Source: Malacoraja senta
Lineage: Eukaryota
Direction of reading: 5' to 3'
DNA length: 64,000 nucleotides
Assembly: GCA_038087875.1 (NCBI GenBank)
Contig: CM075989.1
Span: 15,688,001 to 15,752,000, forward strand
Part shown: positions 1 through 12,455 of the stretch, one piece after another
How the letters are laid out: each line of letters begins with the position of its first letter
Position numbering within the stretch: position 1 is the stretch's first letter
The notes under the pieces: model-generated
The model's input: the letters and a program-made list of their open reading frames with translations, nothing else
Database searches by the model: none
What the model was told of the DNA's origin: nothing
Position numbers and translations under genes: made by a program

Positions 1-897
1 CTGCTTTTTGCCATTATGAATCAAAACGAGAGCTGTTATCCTGGGAGCTGAGCAGAGAAGATCTGGCCAGCAGGAGGAGCCGTGCTTCTGCACTTTAATG
101 TTCCTTTCTGAATATAAACCAAAGTGTGTTTGTGGTCATTCCATTTCTCACAAGGATTCAGTGCTGAAAGCCACTTGTTGCCATGCTTGTTTATTCATGC
201 GATACCATATGTTCTGACCTTAAGTGCACTGAAGAAGGTAATGTTGAGCAACCAAATTGAGGCACTGCGTTCCCTCTGCGCAGTGTACTCCCACAGTGCT
301 GATAAGTAGAGAGATTCGGGATTTTGGCCCGGGTACAATGAGACAAAGGTGGTACATTTCCAGTTCAGAATGGTGTGTGAGATTGAGGCAGGCCCTGCTT
401 GTGCTGATTCCCTGTTTCTGCTCTCCTTTTCCTTCTTGGTGGGAGCTATCATGGTTTTGGGAAGAGCCATCAAATTTTTAGTGCAGGGTGGTAAAGGGTG
501 AAAGGAATGCATGTTTAAGCTGGTGGATGCAGTGCCTCTCAAGTGTTGATATGGAAAACCTGGATTTACCTTTCAGCCCATGCTTGATTATTGTCAGTCT
601 TTCTGCCGCTGGCTGTGCATTGTCTTACAGCAATTGCAAGCATCACTCGCCCTGAGCAGTGATCAGCCAACATCCTACTTTATAATAATTTATCAGTGAG
701 GTAGCCGGGAATGTTTGTGGCTGAGGCTCTAGTTGATACACCCAGAAAAATCAGGGCTAAATAAGAGAAAGCGACATGATGTGAAACTCTTGAGCAATTG
801 CAGATCACAGTTGGTAATAATACTGTTAATCTCAATGCTCTATTAAGACTAACATTTCTGCAGTAACATTGTTCTTTTTTGTTCATGAACTCCACAG

Positions 898-981
898 ATT
901 GAAATTCTTAAGAGTAAAATCCAACACAAAGATGCAATTATTGAGAGCATGGTGGATAGGATTTCTTTCTTGGAAGCTGAG
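898..981 (+). CDS. MYZAP: MYZAP (myocardial zonula adherens protein) internal coding exon, phase 0/0
   Basis: cag|ATT acceptor and GAG|gtaagg donor; 84 nt encode IEILKSKIQHKDAIIESMVDRISFLEAE, resembling the C-terminal coiled coil of vertebrate MYZAP (..ISFLEGE, recalled); upstream of POLR2M as in the known locus. Confidence 0.9.
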
Positions 982-1938
982 GTAAGGTCTTAATGTTCAC
1001 ATACAATTAATTCAAGAACATATTCTCTTTTTATTGACACCTGTACTACATCACCTTCCCACAGTCAAATGGAAATTGAGACATTTCTTCAACATTATTT
1101 TTTTTTAATTGCCACTCACTGTGCCTTCAAGTCACCCCCACCAATCAGAGAATATTTTTAACTAACTGGTCTTCAAAGAATGTTCTCCTTCAATTAGTAA
1201 ATTGGTCTTTCTTCTAGATCACTTACAATAGTGTCCCAAAATATAATGTTTAATTCCAATCTCTTCTGGGAATTGGGGTAAGGATAGGAATCTCAAATGG
1301 GCTCCTTGAATTAAATATTCAAGTATCCCTAGAATGTGTAGGATAGTGTTAGTGTGTGAGGATCGCTGGTCAGTGTGGACTAGGTGGGCCGAAGGGCCTG
1401 TTTCCATGCTGTATCTCTAAACTAAACTACACTCAACTAAAAGTAACAGAGGTCAGGGTTGAACCCAAGTCGCTGGACTATCGGGCAGCAGCTCCAACAG
1501 CTGCACCACCTCCTATTAGTGATCATACTATTCCAATATCCAAGTAGATTTTATACATCATTAAATCTTAGTATCATCATTAATAGGAATAGGCATAAAG
1601 TACAGTAGAAAAGTTTAAGCAGAAATTAATCAGTAATGTTAAATTCCATTAACAATATTCAAAGTAGGATCAGTACTGCAGGGTTATACATTATATAATG
1701 TAATATTGTAAAATAATATTGGAATACCAGCAGACATCCTACAGCATCAATTAAAGATAAAACTGAAATGAATACCTAACTAAAGGGCCAGCCATCAAAC
1801 ACCGTCTTTTTAATACAAAGTGTTCATTTATTGATTTCACCACTCAATTGTGCACATCCTTAATTCACATGTAAAGTGTCCCCACCAAAGAAATGTCTGT
1901 TGTTTTCATGATGTATTACTTGTGTATTTGATTTCTAG

Positions 1939-2039
1939 AATAAAGAACTACAAGACAAATTGGACTACATGTTGTCACTGGATCAACGGAGAACGGTGGA
2001 GACCAGGGAACAAGCTGTGTCTTGTGATATTCCCATCAG
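1939..2039 (+). CDS. MYZAP: MYZAP penultimate coding exon, phase 0/2
   Basis: tag|AAT acceptor and AG|gtaacc donor; encodes NKELQDKLDYMLSLDQRRTVETREQAVSCDIPI, matching the MYZAP pattern NELQ..LDY...VETRE..V.CD; in frame with the previous exon. Confidence 0.92.
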
Positions 2040-2275
2040 GTAACCAATGACACTTCCAGCTCCACTTTCTCATCAATTTTGAAATCGGCAGAAAGCAACG
2101 CTACGGCGGAAGTTAAAAATTAACATCTGAGCACCTTGCCCAACGTTGGCTATGCAGGTTCTGGATGGGTTGCGATTCAGGTTTGGTGTGAGCAGGGTGA
2201 GAAAGGACAGCTTCATGTATCTTAAGGTGAATGTGGGCCTGTGATACCCACACCAAAACCCCCTTAAACACCTGT

Positions 2276-2476
2276 GTAATAAGGAACTGCAGATGCTGGT
2301 TTACACCAAAGATAGGCAAAATGCTGGAGTAACTCAGCAGGACAGGCAGCATCTCTGGTTAAAGAAGGAATTCAGACAGGTCTGAAGAAGGGTCTCGACC
2401 CGAAACGTCAGCCATTCCTTCTATCCAGAGATGTTGCCTGTCCTGCTGAGTTACTCCAGCATTTTGTGTCTATCTT
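2276..2476. mobile_element. Short palindromic Penelope-derived element with hammerhead-like core
   Basis: Two inverted arms (~2308-2372 and ~2414-2476) around CTGAAGAAGGGTCTCGACCCGAAACGTC (2382-2409); flanked by 15-bp direct repeat CCCTTAAACA(C/T)CTGT at 2261-2275 and 2477-2491. Confidence 0.8.
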
Positions 2477-2544
2477 CCCTTAAACATCTGTCGTTATCAA
2501 TAGTGCCTGCTGAATTACTTCCCCCTACTTTTAGAAGGAATGGA

Positions 2545-2840
2545 AGATATGGCACTTACATGGTTCATTCAGAATGTTCTAAAGCACTCTTCAGCAAATG
2601 AAGTATAACTATTGTTTCAGTGGAGGGAATGCTGCAGCCAGAATGTGCTTGGCAAATCCCTGCACGCAGCTGATATTCTGTTGGTGAGGGCATCACTGCC
2701 CCTCCTTGGAATAGTGTCCAGGAATATTTTAATCAACCTGTTCAACACCTCATTTGACAACAGAGCACACCAGTCATGTTGCACTGAAGAATCAGTCTAG
2801 ATTTTTGTGTTCAAATCTCAGGACTGAGTTTAAGCACAAC
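2545..2840 (-). mobile_element. Old Deu-domain SINE (SacSINE1-like) remnant
   Basis: Diverged similarity to the reverse complement of the 49110-49470 copy and to the recalled DeuSINE consensus. Confidence 0.5.
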
Positions 2841-4726
2841 AGTGAGAACTTTGCACACTAATATGCAAAAAGCTGGTAAAATTATTTAAAATGCAAAGCA
2901 CATTTTGAAACATAAGTAGAATATTGTGCAGACATATGAAAGATAACCTCAGATCATGTGCCTGAGCTGGCTCTTTGAAATGACCATCCACTAATCAAAC
3001 TCCTGTTGTTTCCTTAACATCTGGCAGCTTTTTATCTCTTCAATTATATAACTAATTTCAATTCACTTTTAAAGTTATGATCTTCTTTCCCCCATCCATC
3101 CACACATTGTTTTCCAAATCAGAATAATTTATTGTGTAGAATCATAGTTATTCATCCCCCAAAACAGGCCCTTAGGCCCAACTTGTCCATCATGACCAAG
3201 ATGTCTCCTTGAGCTACTCCATTTTCTTGCATTTGGCCCACTTCCCTCTAAAACTTTTCTATCCATGAACCTGTTAAATTTTTTAAAAACTTGTAATTGT
3301 ACCCACCTTTACCACTTCTTTAGGTAGCTCATGAACCAATAATTGTTTTTTACACATTCTTCAGTTGCTTTGCTAACCATCGAGAATTTCTTTCTCCTCG
3401 GATTAAACCTCCTGCCACTGAAAACAGCTTCTTCGATAAAAATGCTTCATAATTCTCAATTTCCAGTCAATCTGCCATCACTTTTCTCTGCTCTGAGGAG
3501 AATAGTAGCTTCTCCACATAATCCACGTCCCTTTCTCCCCCATTTTACTATTCTACTAAATCTCTTTGGTAGCCTCTCCTCCCCTTGAACTCGCTGATGT
3601 GCAGGACTACACACAGTTCACTAACTGCAGCATAACCGGGGGCTTCTGAGAAATTAACAGAACCTTCTTGTCACTCTACACCTGTGAAGAAAACAAGTTA
3701 ATTGCACAGAATGGGCTAAAAAAGGCTGCAAGCATAAAATGCTAACAGGAGGGAGGCAACCAAGGAGAGAACGTGGAAATCAGCCAATCAATAATATATA
3801 TTTTTGTAGTAAAGCAGCAGAGATCTGGTAAAAAATCTCACTGGCAGGTTCTGAACTTCTTGCCTGCAGCTTGGAGACAATGCTTGCATTATTTGGGCTT
3901 TCTCTATGCAAGGTGCTTTGTTTACACTTGGCATTCTCATGGCACTCCTATGGGTTGTGATTTTACAGAGTGTCTACATGGCAGAAACCTGGGGTTTTGG
4001 CTTTAGTTTAGTTTATTATTGTCATGTGTACAGAGGTACAGTGAAAAGATGTTTGTTTTTGCGTGCTATCGAGTCAAAGACTATACATGAATACAATCAA
4101 GCCATCCGCAGTGCACAGATAAAGGGTGCAACATTTTGTGCAGGATCTATAATAAAGGCCACTAATGTGCTGCAGTCTGGTATTGAACCTCTTTTTCCGA
4201 ACAGATTCAGAGGGCATTCATTGGAAAATGGCAGGCACCTTCTGTAAGGAGGCAAGCCTATCTCTGATGACCTGGCTGCCATTTTAACCTCTGCTTAAAG
4301 CAGGGTACGACTGTGGTTCTCCAGCATGGTGAAGAGATAGGGATGAGCGGATAAGTCCCAAGCTGTTACGTTTTTAAAAACGTTTATTTTTTACTTTCCT
4401 TTTGAAACATGGATCAATAGTAGTTCTCTTCTGGACCCTTTTAGAAACCACACCCATTCAATTGTGAGACTTTCCTTCACCACCCTCCTAAACAAGGTTA
4501 ACCAACCTGACCTGCTGAGCAATTTTACTCCCTCACTCCCTCCACCAGCCAGCTGCTCCTTCTGATCAGTTTTGTGTAGTTATTGCCCAAGAGCTTGCAG
4601 GTTAGGCCTGAGTTTGGCTGTCACACCCTGAATCACACCCCCAGTTAAGGCTATGCTTCTTTCTCTCAAACATTTGTGTGTGGATGAAAGCTGACAAATT
4701 TAACCTTTGCAATTTGTTACTAACAG

Positions 4727-4811
4727 GATTCAGCCAGTGAAAAACAACCTAAAAGCATCCACGCCGTACATGAGGCTGATGGAGTTGAGTCAACAGAGAC
4801 AGATACCCTGA
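4727..4811 (+). CDS. MYZAP: MYZAP terminal coding exon
   Basis: taacag|G acceptor completes phase 2; encodes (R)IQPVKNNLKASTPYMRLMELSQQRQIP then TGA at 4809-4811; TPY.R..EL resembles the MYZAP C-terminus. Confidence 0.88.
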
Positions 4812-5364
4812 CCGACTTGCTCTTTTAACAATACCTGCGGTCAGCTGAATGCGTGGGACTATAAAACAGAGGCATTGCTTCGGCTAGTTTGCCAAGAGCT
4901 AGTGCTGCTCAGAAATCACAGTATTTGGCATGAAGGTGATTCTTTATTCCAAAAGTGCAATATCATTTAAAATGAAGGATAATATTTCTCTCCATCAATC
5001 CACACACACCAGGCATTTTGTATTGTGTGTGAGATCAGCAAAAAGCAATATGCAATATTTATTATCAATATTTTTTATTACAACATTTGTGCATTTATTT
5101 TGGTTCAGGAACTAAAGCTAACTATTTTTTATCTAAGGTGATATGTAAATGCAGGAAAACAATTCTTAAAGGGGTTTTACAGAATTATTCTTGACAGTTA
5201 AATGCTGTTTTTGTATTGACAAAGTATGTCAGTTATTGTTTTATATGCTACTGCCAAATGATTAATGTTACAATTGAATGTGATGCCACTGCAGTTCTGA
5301 TCCATATATATCTGTATAACTCACTATTAATTATGAAGTTAACTTATGTTTTACATAGTACCAT

Positions 5365-5662
5365 GGAGTGCACAGCTGCTAGAGCTGCTGCCTTACAGTG
5401 CCAGAGACCCAATTTGATCCTGGAGTTTGTCTGGAGTTTAAACGTTCTCCCTATAACAGTGTGGGTTTTCTCTTGTGCTCCAGTTTCCTCCCATATCCCA
5501 AAGAGGTGCGGGTTTATAGGTTAATTGGCCTCTGTAAATTGCCCCTAGTGTAGAGAGAATGGATGCAAAAGTGGAATAATATAGAACTTGTGTGAATGGG
5601 AGATTGATAGATCACAGTGGGCCGAAGGGCCTGTTTCCATGCTGTATATTTCAATCAATCAA
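5365..5662 (+). mobile_element. HE1-like V-SINE
   Basis: tRNA-like head; V-domain GGAGTTT..CGTTCTCCC...GTTTCCTCCCA; CR1-type tail GGGCCGAAGGGCCTGTTTCCATGCTGT and (TCAA)n end. Confidence 0.75.
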
Positions 5663-6498
5663 AAAAAGCTTAATGAAATCTTACAGAAGGGAATTTGACA
5701 GAGATTGGCTATGTTACCTCCAAGTGGGACTCGATGGGCAATATTCCACAAGGATTAAGAAAGTAGGCAGTCCATTTAATAAAGGAATGAGTGGAATTTT
5801 TTTCTCGCTGAGGGTTGTGAGTCTTTGGAACTCTCTTCCCCAAATGCCAGTAGAAGCAGAGTCATTGAATACTTTTGATAAGCAAAAGGTGGTTTTCTGG
5901 CAGAAGGCAGGAATATTAGGTTGAGAATATAGTCAGAAATCATTATTATATTAAATGGCAGAACAGGTTCAATGGGCCGAGTGGCCTACTCCTGAGTTGT
6001 TTAAAATGAAGCTCAAACACGTGACCTCCTACCACTGAAAGATCCAAGCTGTCTGAGGGATAAAAGGTTTGATTGGTTTTAAAAATAATAGTAAAAAGAG
6101 AAAATAGATGGGTGCATTGCTGTGAGACAAGACTAACTTCAAATTCATCACTGTGGAAGAAACTTGGTTAAGTCACTGTGACATCAGTTAGGCTAAATGT
6201 GAAACAAATTGGTCATATTGCTTCTTTAGTGGTTTAACATCAGGATGATAGAGAAGTATAAAGGTGCATCTAAACAAAGAAATGGAAATTAAATCTAACT
6301 CTGATTCAACGATACAGTTAACAGATCCTGTCAGTTTAATCATAATAATGTTTGAAATAAAATTATTAATGTAGGCTTCTGTTTACAGCCATTTTAACAG
6401 TGAAATATTTATTTACGTAATTCCAATGAAACAACGTGAAAAGTGTTCATGTGGGATTTTTTAAAACGTTTTAGCTTCGAGTGTATAATAATGTTGCT

Positions 6499-6596
6499 GA
6501 AGGTGGACAAAAATGCTGGAGAAACTCAGCGGGTGAGGCAGCATCTATGGAGCGAAGGAAATTGGCAATGTTTCGGGTCGAGACCCTTCTTCAGAC
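6499..6596 (-). mobile_element. Short Penelope terminal-repeat fragment with hammerhead-like core
   Basis: Matches the 3' terminal region of the PLE at 16973-17944; 8-bp direct repeat ATGTTGCT at 6491-6498 and 6597-6604. Confidence 0.75.
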
Positions 6597-6929
6597 ATGT
6601 TGCTAATGTAACTTTACACAGAAAGTCAGAAATCTTCGGGCTCTGCTATTGAGATGAAAGCAGCGAAGATGCCATAAAATAGAAGTGAGTGAACAGCTGA
6701 AATCTGGTTTAAATTAAAATCCAATGTGGCTTGGGGCAGAATGAATGAAAACAGAAGCAGTTTAAGGAACCTCTCCTGAGGTAAACGGTGGGGTCCAGTC
6801 TGGCCATTTATTGGGTCACGTGGGGTTTAACTGTGTCCCATGCTGACCTACCATTTAGCATTATCCTAAAAAAGCCGCAGCTTATTTGAGTTTAAAAGCA
6901 CATTACCTTTATTTGTTTGATCAAAGGAA

Positions 6930-7820
6930 AGGATTTGCATTTGTTTAGTTCTTTCACAAACTGATAACCTCCAAATGCATTCTACAATCAATGCAGTGAT
7001 TCCTGTAATACAAAATTATTCACAATCAAGACAAAGATCCCACAAAATTTAAAACCAGCTAACCTGTTCATTTTAGTGATATAGGTTGACAGGTAAGCGT
7101 CTCTCAATCTTTAAAAGCCCAGCCAAGATGATCTTGAAAGTACAGCCAAGATGGAAGACGAGGCATTGGCTTAAGAGTGATGGAGAGGCAAAGTGCAGAT
7201 GCAGAAAATCTGAAATAAAATCTACATGCTAGAAATACTCAGCAGATCAGACAGCTCCTATGGAGAGAGAAAACATATCTCAGGTCATTGATCTTTCATG
7301 AGGACTAGGTCAAGTTAAAAAACAAACAGATTTTAAGGTGCAAAGGAAGAGAAGGTTCTGCAAGCACAGAGAAAATGTTTCGAATGGGGGCAGCCCAAGG
7401 GAGATTGAATGACACAAATGGTGGTGCTGGCTGATAGAGGGTGGTGATGGCTTGTGATCTATCTGGGGACGTGTAAATGGAGGGTGAGAAATGAGGACAG
7501 AGGGGAAAAAATGCTGGAGCTGTGAGATTATGGAAATCTATAGATGTTGGAGATACTCAGCAGGCCGGGCAGGATATGTGGAGAGAGAAACATAGATTTA
7601 ACATCATGAGTTGATGACTGGCCAATTCGGATACAATTTGGAAAAACTGGCTATCTGAAATTGTTGAATTAATGTTGAGTCTTGGCTAATCAAGTCTTAG
7701 AGTGCAGCAGTCCCTTTAGTTCTATTATGCACTGAACTGTAGACTTGGTTTATGTATTCATGTTCTGGGGCTTGAACTATAACTGACTCAGGGAGGAGAG
7801 TGCTACCAATAAGCCAAGAC
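6930..7820 (-). mobile_element. Old Deu-SINE-like copy interrupted by an old Penelope-type repeat (~7185-7690)
   Basis: Degenerate tail at ~6930-7170 and head at ~7700-7820; the insert carries diverged GCAGATGC..GAAA.ACTCAGCAG motifs. Confidence 0.45.
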
Positions 7821-9807
7821 TAGCAATTCACTGATTAAAAGCCAATGGAGAGGAATTCAGGGGAACTGTTGTCCTGTTCCTAGTGCTGAAAGTGATCAGC
7901 TTCGAGAACTGCCTGAGAAAGTGCTCAAAGCAGACACACTCACAACATTTAAGAAGCACCTGGATGAACATTGGACTCATCCAGGCACAATCGGCTACGG
8001 ACCAATTGCTGGGTAGTTGTTGGTTGGCATGGACATGGTGGGCCGAAGATCATGTTTCAGTGCTGTATGACGTTATAATCCAGTCAAATGGACTCCATTG
8101 GTGCATCAATGTGATCACAGACGAGCATTACAAAAAATCTTTGAGCATAATTATTGAAAAGTAGACTCTGTTACATATAACATTCAAATGGAACATCAAC
8201 AGTCAGAATTGCTCAAAGAAGATATTTCCCATTTCTGGTTTAGCCAGAGGGGTTTCTGCATGTAAACCATAGCTGATCCCTTTTATATGAGCGTGGCATC
8301 ACACTTGGAAGAAATTGGACCCTGTGCGTGTTATTCCAGCTTGCTTACTGACGTCACGTTGCATGCTTCACTGCTCATATTGTAAATTCTACAGCTGTAG
8401 AGCTGGTAATGAAAATAAGGAAATCTTTCCACCCTTCACTTTGTTACTGTTAGTAAGAACAGGTGGGCTAACTGTTAACGAATGCTGGAAATCTCAACAC
8501 ATTTAGATGTGTGTAGGCATCCATTTCATAGATGCAGAAACTTCCCACCAAATTCCTGATGCATTTGCACTAATTAGGCAGAGAGAGCAGGTGCACATTG
8601 AAAATTCCCACCAAACTGCTATTAAATCTGTACTAATCACCAGTTGGAGTGAGGAGAGATTCATTCAAAGCAGCAGGAGTTGGCCACAATTTTCTTGTGA
8701 ATTTACTAACTTGTTTTTGGGCTCATTTTTTCTCCTACAAGGTAACCATCCAAATCATATGGGTACATATTAACAGTCAGCAATCATTATTGCTTGTTTT
8801 GTGATGATCACCTCACTTATAAATTCAAATATACTGGGTTCAATAGAAAGAGTTCAATGAAAAGATTTATAACCATTCTTTAAATATCTAGAATTTGTAA
8901 ATATCTGTATCCAACAGCTTGTAAATGTCTATAAAAACCAAAGATACAACCTGATTAATAAAAAGCAACTGGAATTTTATAATTTCATTAACAATGTTTT
9001 ACTTTTCATGGTTTCTAATATCAAAATGTTGTTTTGACATTTTAAATATAAATGAAGATTTAATCTAACACCTCCTCATATGGTTGTCATTTTTTCCCCC
9101 AACATGAAATAAACAATCGAAGACGTCAACTTATATGTCACAACAATTTCTTCAGTTTTTCCAAAACTTTTCTCCATTGGACCATTATTTTCAGCTACAT
9201 TTTCAGAATGTCAAGAGGCTGCAGATTTGTGGTCCCTCTTCTATTCTTCATTGAGTAGAAATCAGCCCAAAGACCGACAAAGGTTGTAAAAAAAAAAGAA
9301 ATATCCTTTAAATTTGGCTAAAAATCTTTTCAATCACCGGTTCTGTGCCTGACATTCATCCCCGACAGTGGTGTATTTACCAACATCTTTCCTTGTCTGA
9401 TGATCTAAATTGTGTCCTTGGGTAAAATTACTACCGACAGATGTTACATTTCTATTCTCTCCAGTCTAAATTATTTCAGGAATCATGTTTCACATTAAAA
9501 CAGTAATTAGCATTGTGATTTTAGGATGCAGAAATCGCATGCGTCCTATTGGTATGCAAAATGAGGTCTTGGGCTGAGATTAATACTTGACGGATGAGAA
9601 AGACTGATTTTAGCCAAATGGCAACTTTATTCTCACAGGTAAGTTTTAAATCCAACATTTTCAACGCAACTCTAAAATAATAAGCATTTTAGCTTGGGGA
9701 AATTGAATGCTGGCTGGATATTAAATTAGATTTCAACTTCAAAATTATTGTACATTGTCAGCAATAATTGGAAAACTTTAATCTCCTCTTCAAAAACAGA
9801 ACAGTTA

Positions 9808-10586
9808 TGGGCCTGTCCCACTTAGGCGTTTTTTCAGGCGACTGCCACATCGTAGCAGGTCGCTGAAAAAACGGCCACTGGAACGGCGACTGTCAGAGTG
9901 GAACACACACACACACACATAGACACATCGCTTCCTTCACCAGCCAGTTATGCAGGCGGGGGACAGGGCAAGCAGGGGGAGCGCTGCCTGAGTGAAATTC
10001 ACACGGTGCAAAGTCAATGTGATACAGACACACACCACGATGAACAGGAAGGTTGGCGCTGTAATTAAGACGGTGAAAGCACAGAGTACGGGAAGGGTCA
10101 CTTAAGTCCTTTAAAAAATGGGGGGGGGGGGGAGAAAGGGGAGACGGGGTGGGGAGAAGGAGTGGAGACAACTTTTAATAGGCCAGAGATACACAGCTGT
10201 GAAGCTCAGTGGACATTAACATTACCGGTCGGTTACCCTTGGTTTTGAAAACTACTGTTCACATTTTTTTTCCCCAATGAGCCAATGAAATTCACCGGTC
10301 AGCACCGGCGACCACCTACGACCTCCTGGCGACCCACCACCCACTACCACTGCACCGACGGTACGAGAATTCTCGCTGCTCTCCATGGCGGTTTCATTCT
10401 GGTCGTCAACATGTTGAAAAATAAGCAGCGATCGGAATGAAGCCGCGACTCGTTCCCAGAATGCGGGAAGTACTCACGACCATGAAGGCGACTCCCCGGC
10501 AACCACCCGCGAACTTGTGGCGACCATGTGGCGACCGCATAGTCTCCTGTAGTCGCCTAAAAAGTCGCCTAAGTGGGACAGGCCCA
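9808..10586. mobile_element. PIF/Harbinger-type non-autonomous DNA transposon (MITE)
   Basis: Perfect 21-bp TIR TGGGCCTGTCCCACTTAGGCG; TTA target duplication at 9805-9807 and 10587-10589; no transposase ORF. Confidence 0.88.
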
Positions 10587-11196
10587 TTACAGAACATTTT
10601 TAGAAAAGTTCTAGATAGTTATGTTTTAGAAAATTAGTTAGTCTTATATAAAGCTTGGGTTGCTAGTACACTTTTCATGCTTATCTTGCGTCTTGAAACG
10701 TTAAGATAGCTGAATAATGACAGGCTTTTCAGGGGAAAACAAGGAACACAATGTTTGGAGGAACTGTCACAATGTTAGTGCTGAAGTGAGATTTGGATTG
10801 GTCAATTAAATCAAAAGTGTTTACTTTTCATATGTATTGGGAACAGAACAATGAAATTCTCATTTGCTGCAGTTTTACAGGCTCATTAACAACATAACAA
10901 ATAAATCTCCAATAATCGATAATATAATAAATTGATAATCAATAATATTAGGTAACCAGACCCAGAGTGCAAAATAGTAAGATTAAACGAGAATTTACCA
11001 GTTTGAAGTTTGATCTGTATTTTATGAGGAGTTACGATGAGAGATTACGTGAAGAACCCGTCCAGCACGCATGCGCGACATACTTCAAAGCAGCGGTGTG
11101 GAATCACAGGAAACACATTAATTGAAATAAACATAGTAAAGAAAAGGAGAACTAAGATACCAGTTGATTTCTATAATTGAGGGTGGGAGCGGAGGG

Positions 11197-11296
11197 CACG
11201 TAATCCCTCATCGTAACTCCTCATAAAATACAGATCAAACTTCAAACTGGTAAGTTCTCGTTTAATCTTTTACTTCGGAGTCACGTGAGTGACTAC
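11197..11296. repeat. DIRS internal complementary region (ICR)
   Basis: 11197-11269 is the reverse complement of 10979-11051 (73 bp, 2 mismatches); 11268-11296 is the reverse complement of 16120-16148. Confidence 0.93.
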
Positions 11297-11470
11297 GTGA
11301 AGATTTTAAAGCTCTGTGATTTCAAACCGTGTAACAATTCATACTTCACTCGCTGCCGAAGTCATTCAAGGGAGGAAGTATGTTATCGTAATCAACCATG
11401 AATCTGTTTGTAAAATAATAATGGTATTTATTAAACAATAACAAAAGAAAAATGCTCCCCCGGGCTTAAA

Positions 11471-12455
11471 TTATATATTTGCAGATTCTAAAACTCTTTC
11501 TGCAAATAATACAGGTTCTGCTAGTGGCTTATTGTAGAACATTTGGAACGTTTTCTCCATGGACCACCCCGCTGTAGCCAGGATGTGGTCCAGTGGCACG
11601 TCCATCCTTTTAGCCGCCGATGTGGATGCTGCCCTGGTGGAGTGAGATGACCATGTCAGTATCTACTCCAGCAGCTCTAAGTACCTGCTTGAGCCATCTT
11701 GAGATAGTTTGGCTCGACACCCGACCATGAGGTTTCTTGTGGCTGACCCATAAGGCTTTTTCTCTCCCTCGGGAATTTCTTGTTGTGTTGATGTAAGTGA
11801 ATAAGTGAGTCATGACACATAACCGTGGGTCAGGTGGGTATGCCCGGAAATCCATAACTAGGCCTAAAGTTCCTGGCCTGCTCTGCTTTACCAGCTCCTG
11901 AATGGTGAATGAGACACGGTCTGGTGTTATAACCATGTTGTCCAGTCGCAGTAAGTGGAGGGACTGGACTCTTTGTGCTGAGACTAGTGCCATCAGCATG
12001 ACCGTTTTCAGGGTTAGCTGTTCCAGGGTGAGAGACCTGGCTGGTGACCATCCCCTTAGCTATGTCAGGACCACACTGACATCCCAGATTTGGGTGTACC
12101 TAGGTCTAGGGGGGTTGGAGTTGAATATACCTCTCATGAGTTTGATCACCAGCAGGTGAGACCCTATGGCCTGTTGTCCTGGTGCCTGTTTTAAGTAGGC
12201 TGACAGAGCACTTCTGGCAGTATTGATGGCGCTGTAGCTCAGTCCTTCATTATGGTGAAGGCCGGCCAGGAACTCCAGTACATTGGTTATGGTTGTAGAT
12301 GAGTATGTTGTCCCAGTATTCGAGCAGTATCTTTCCCACTTCCTGATGCTCGATAGGTATTGTTTCCTGGTGGACATACGGTGGGATGCTGTCATCATGT
12401 TGATGGTCCTGTCAGACAATCCCAGGCCCAGCAGTAGTCTTTTCATAATCTGCAA
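11471..12455 (-). pseudogene. DIRS tyrosine recombinase ORF (one in-frame stop, one frameshift)
   Basis: ORF pieces 12060-12455 and 11610-11999 share a frame; catalytic-type motifs SAQR, KQSRPG, then after a frameshift near 11650 HSTRAAS..AGW..TFQMFY; TAA at 11471-11473. Confidence 0.9.

Noticed and set aside
124..895. Several 60-115 aa ORFs at the window start
   Set aside because: They lie in a MYZAP intron with no recognisable homology or splice-consistent frame
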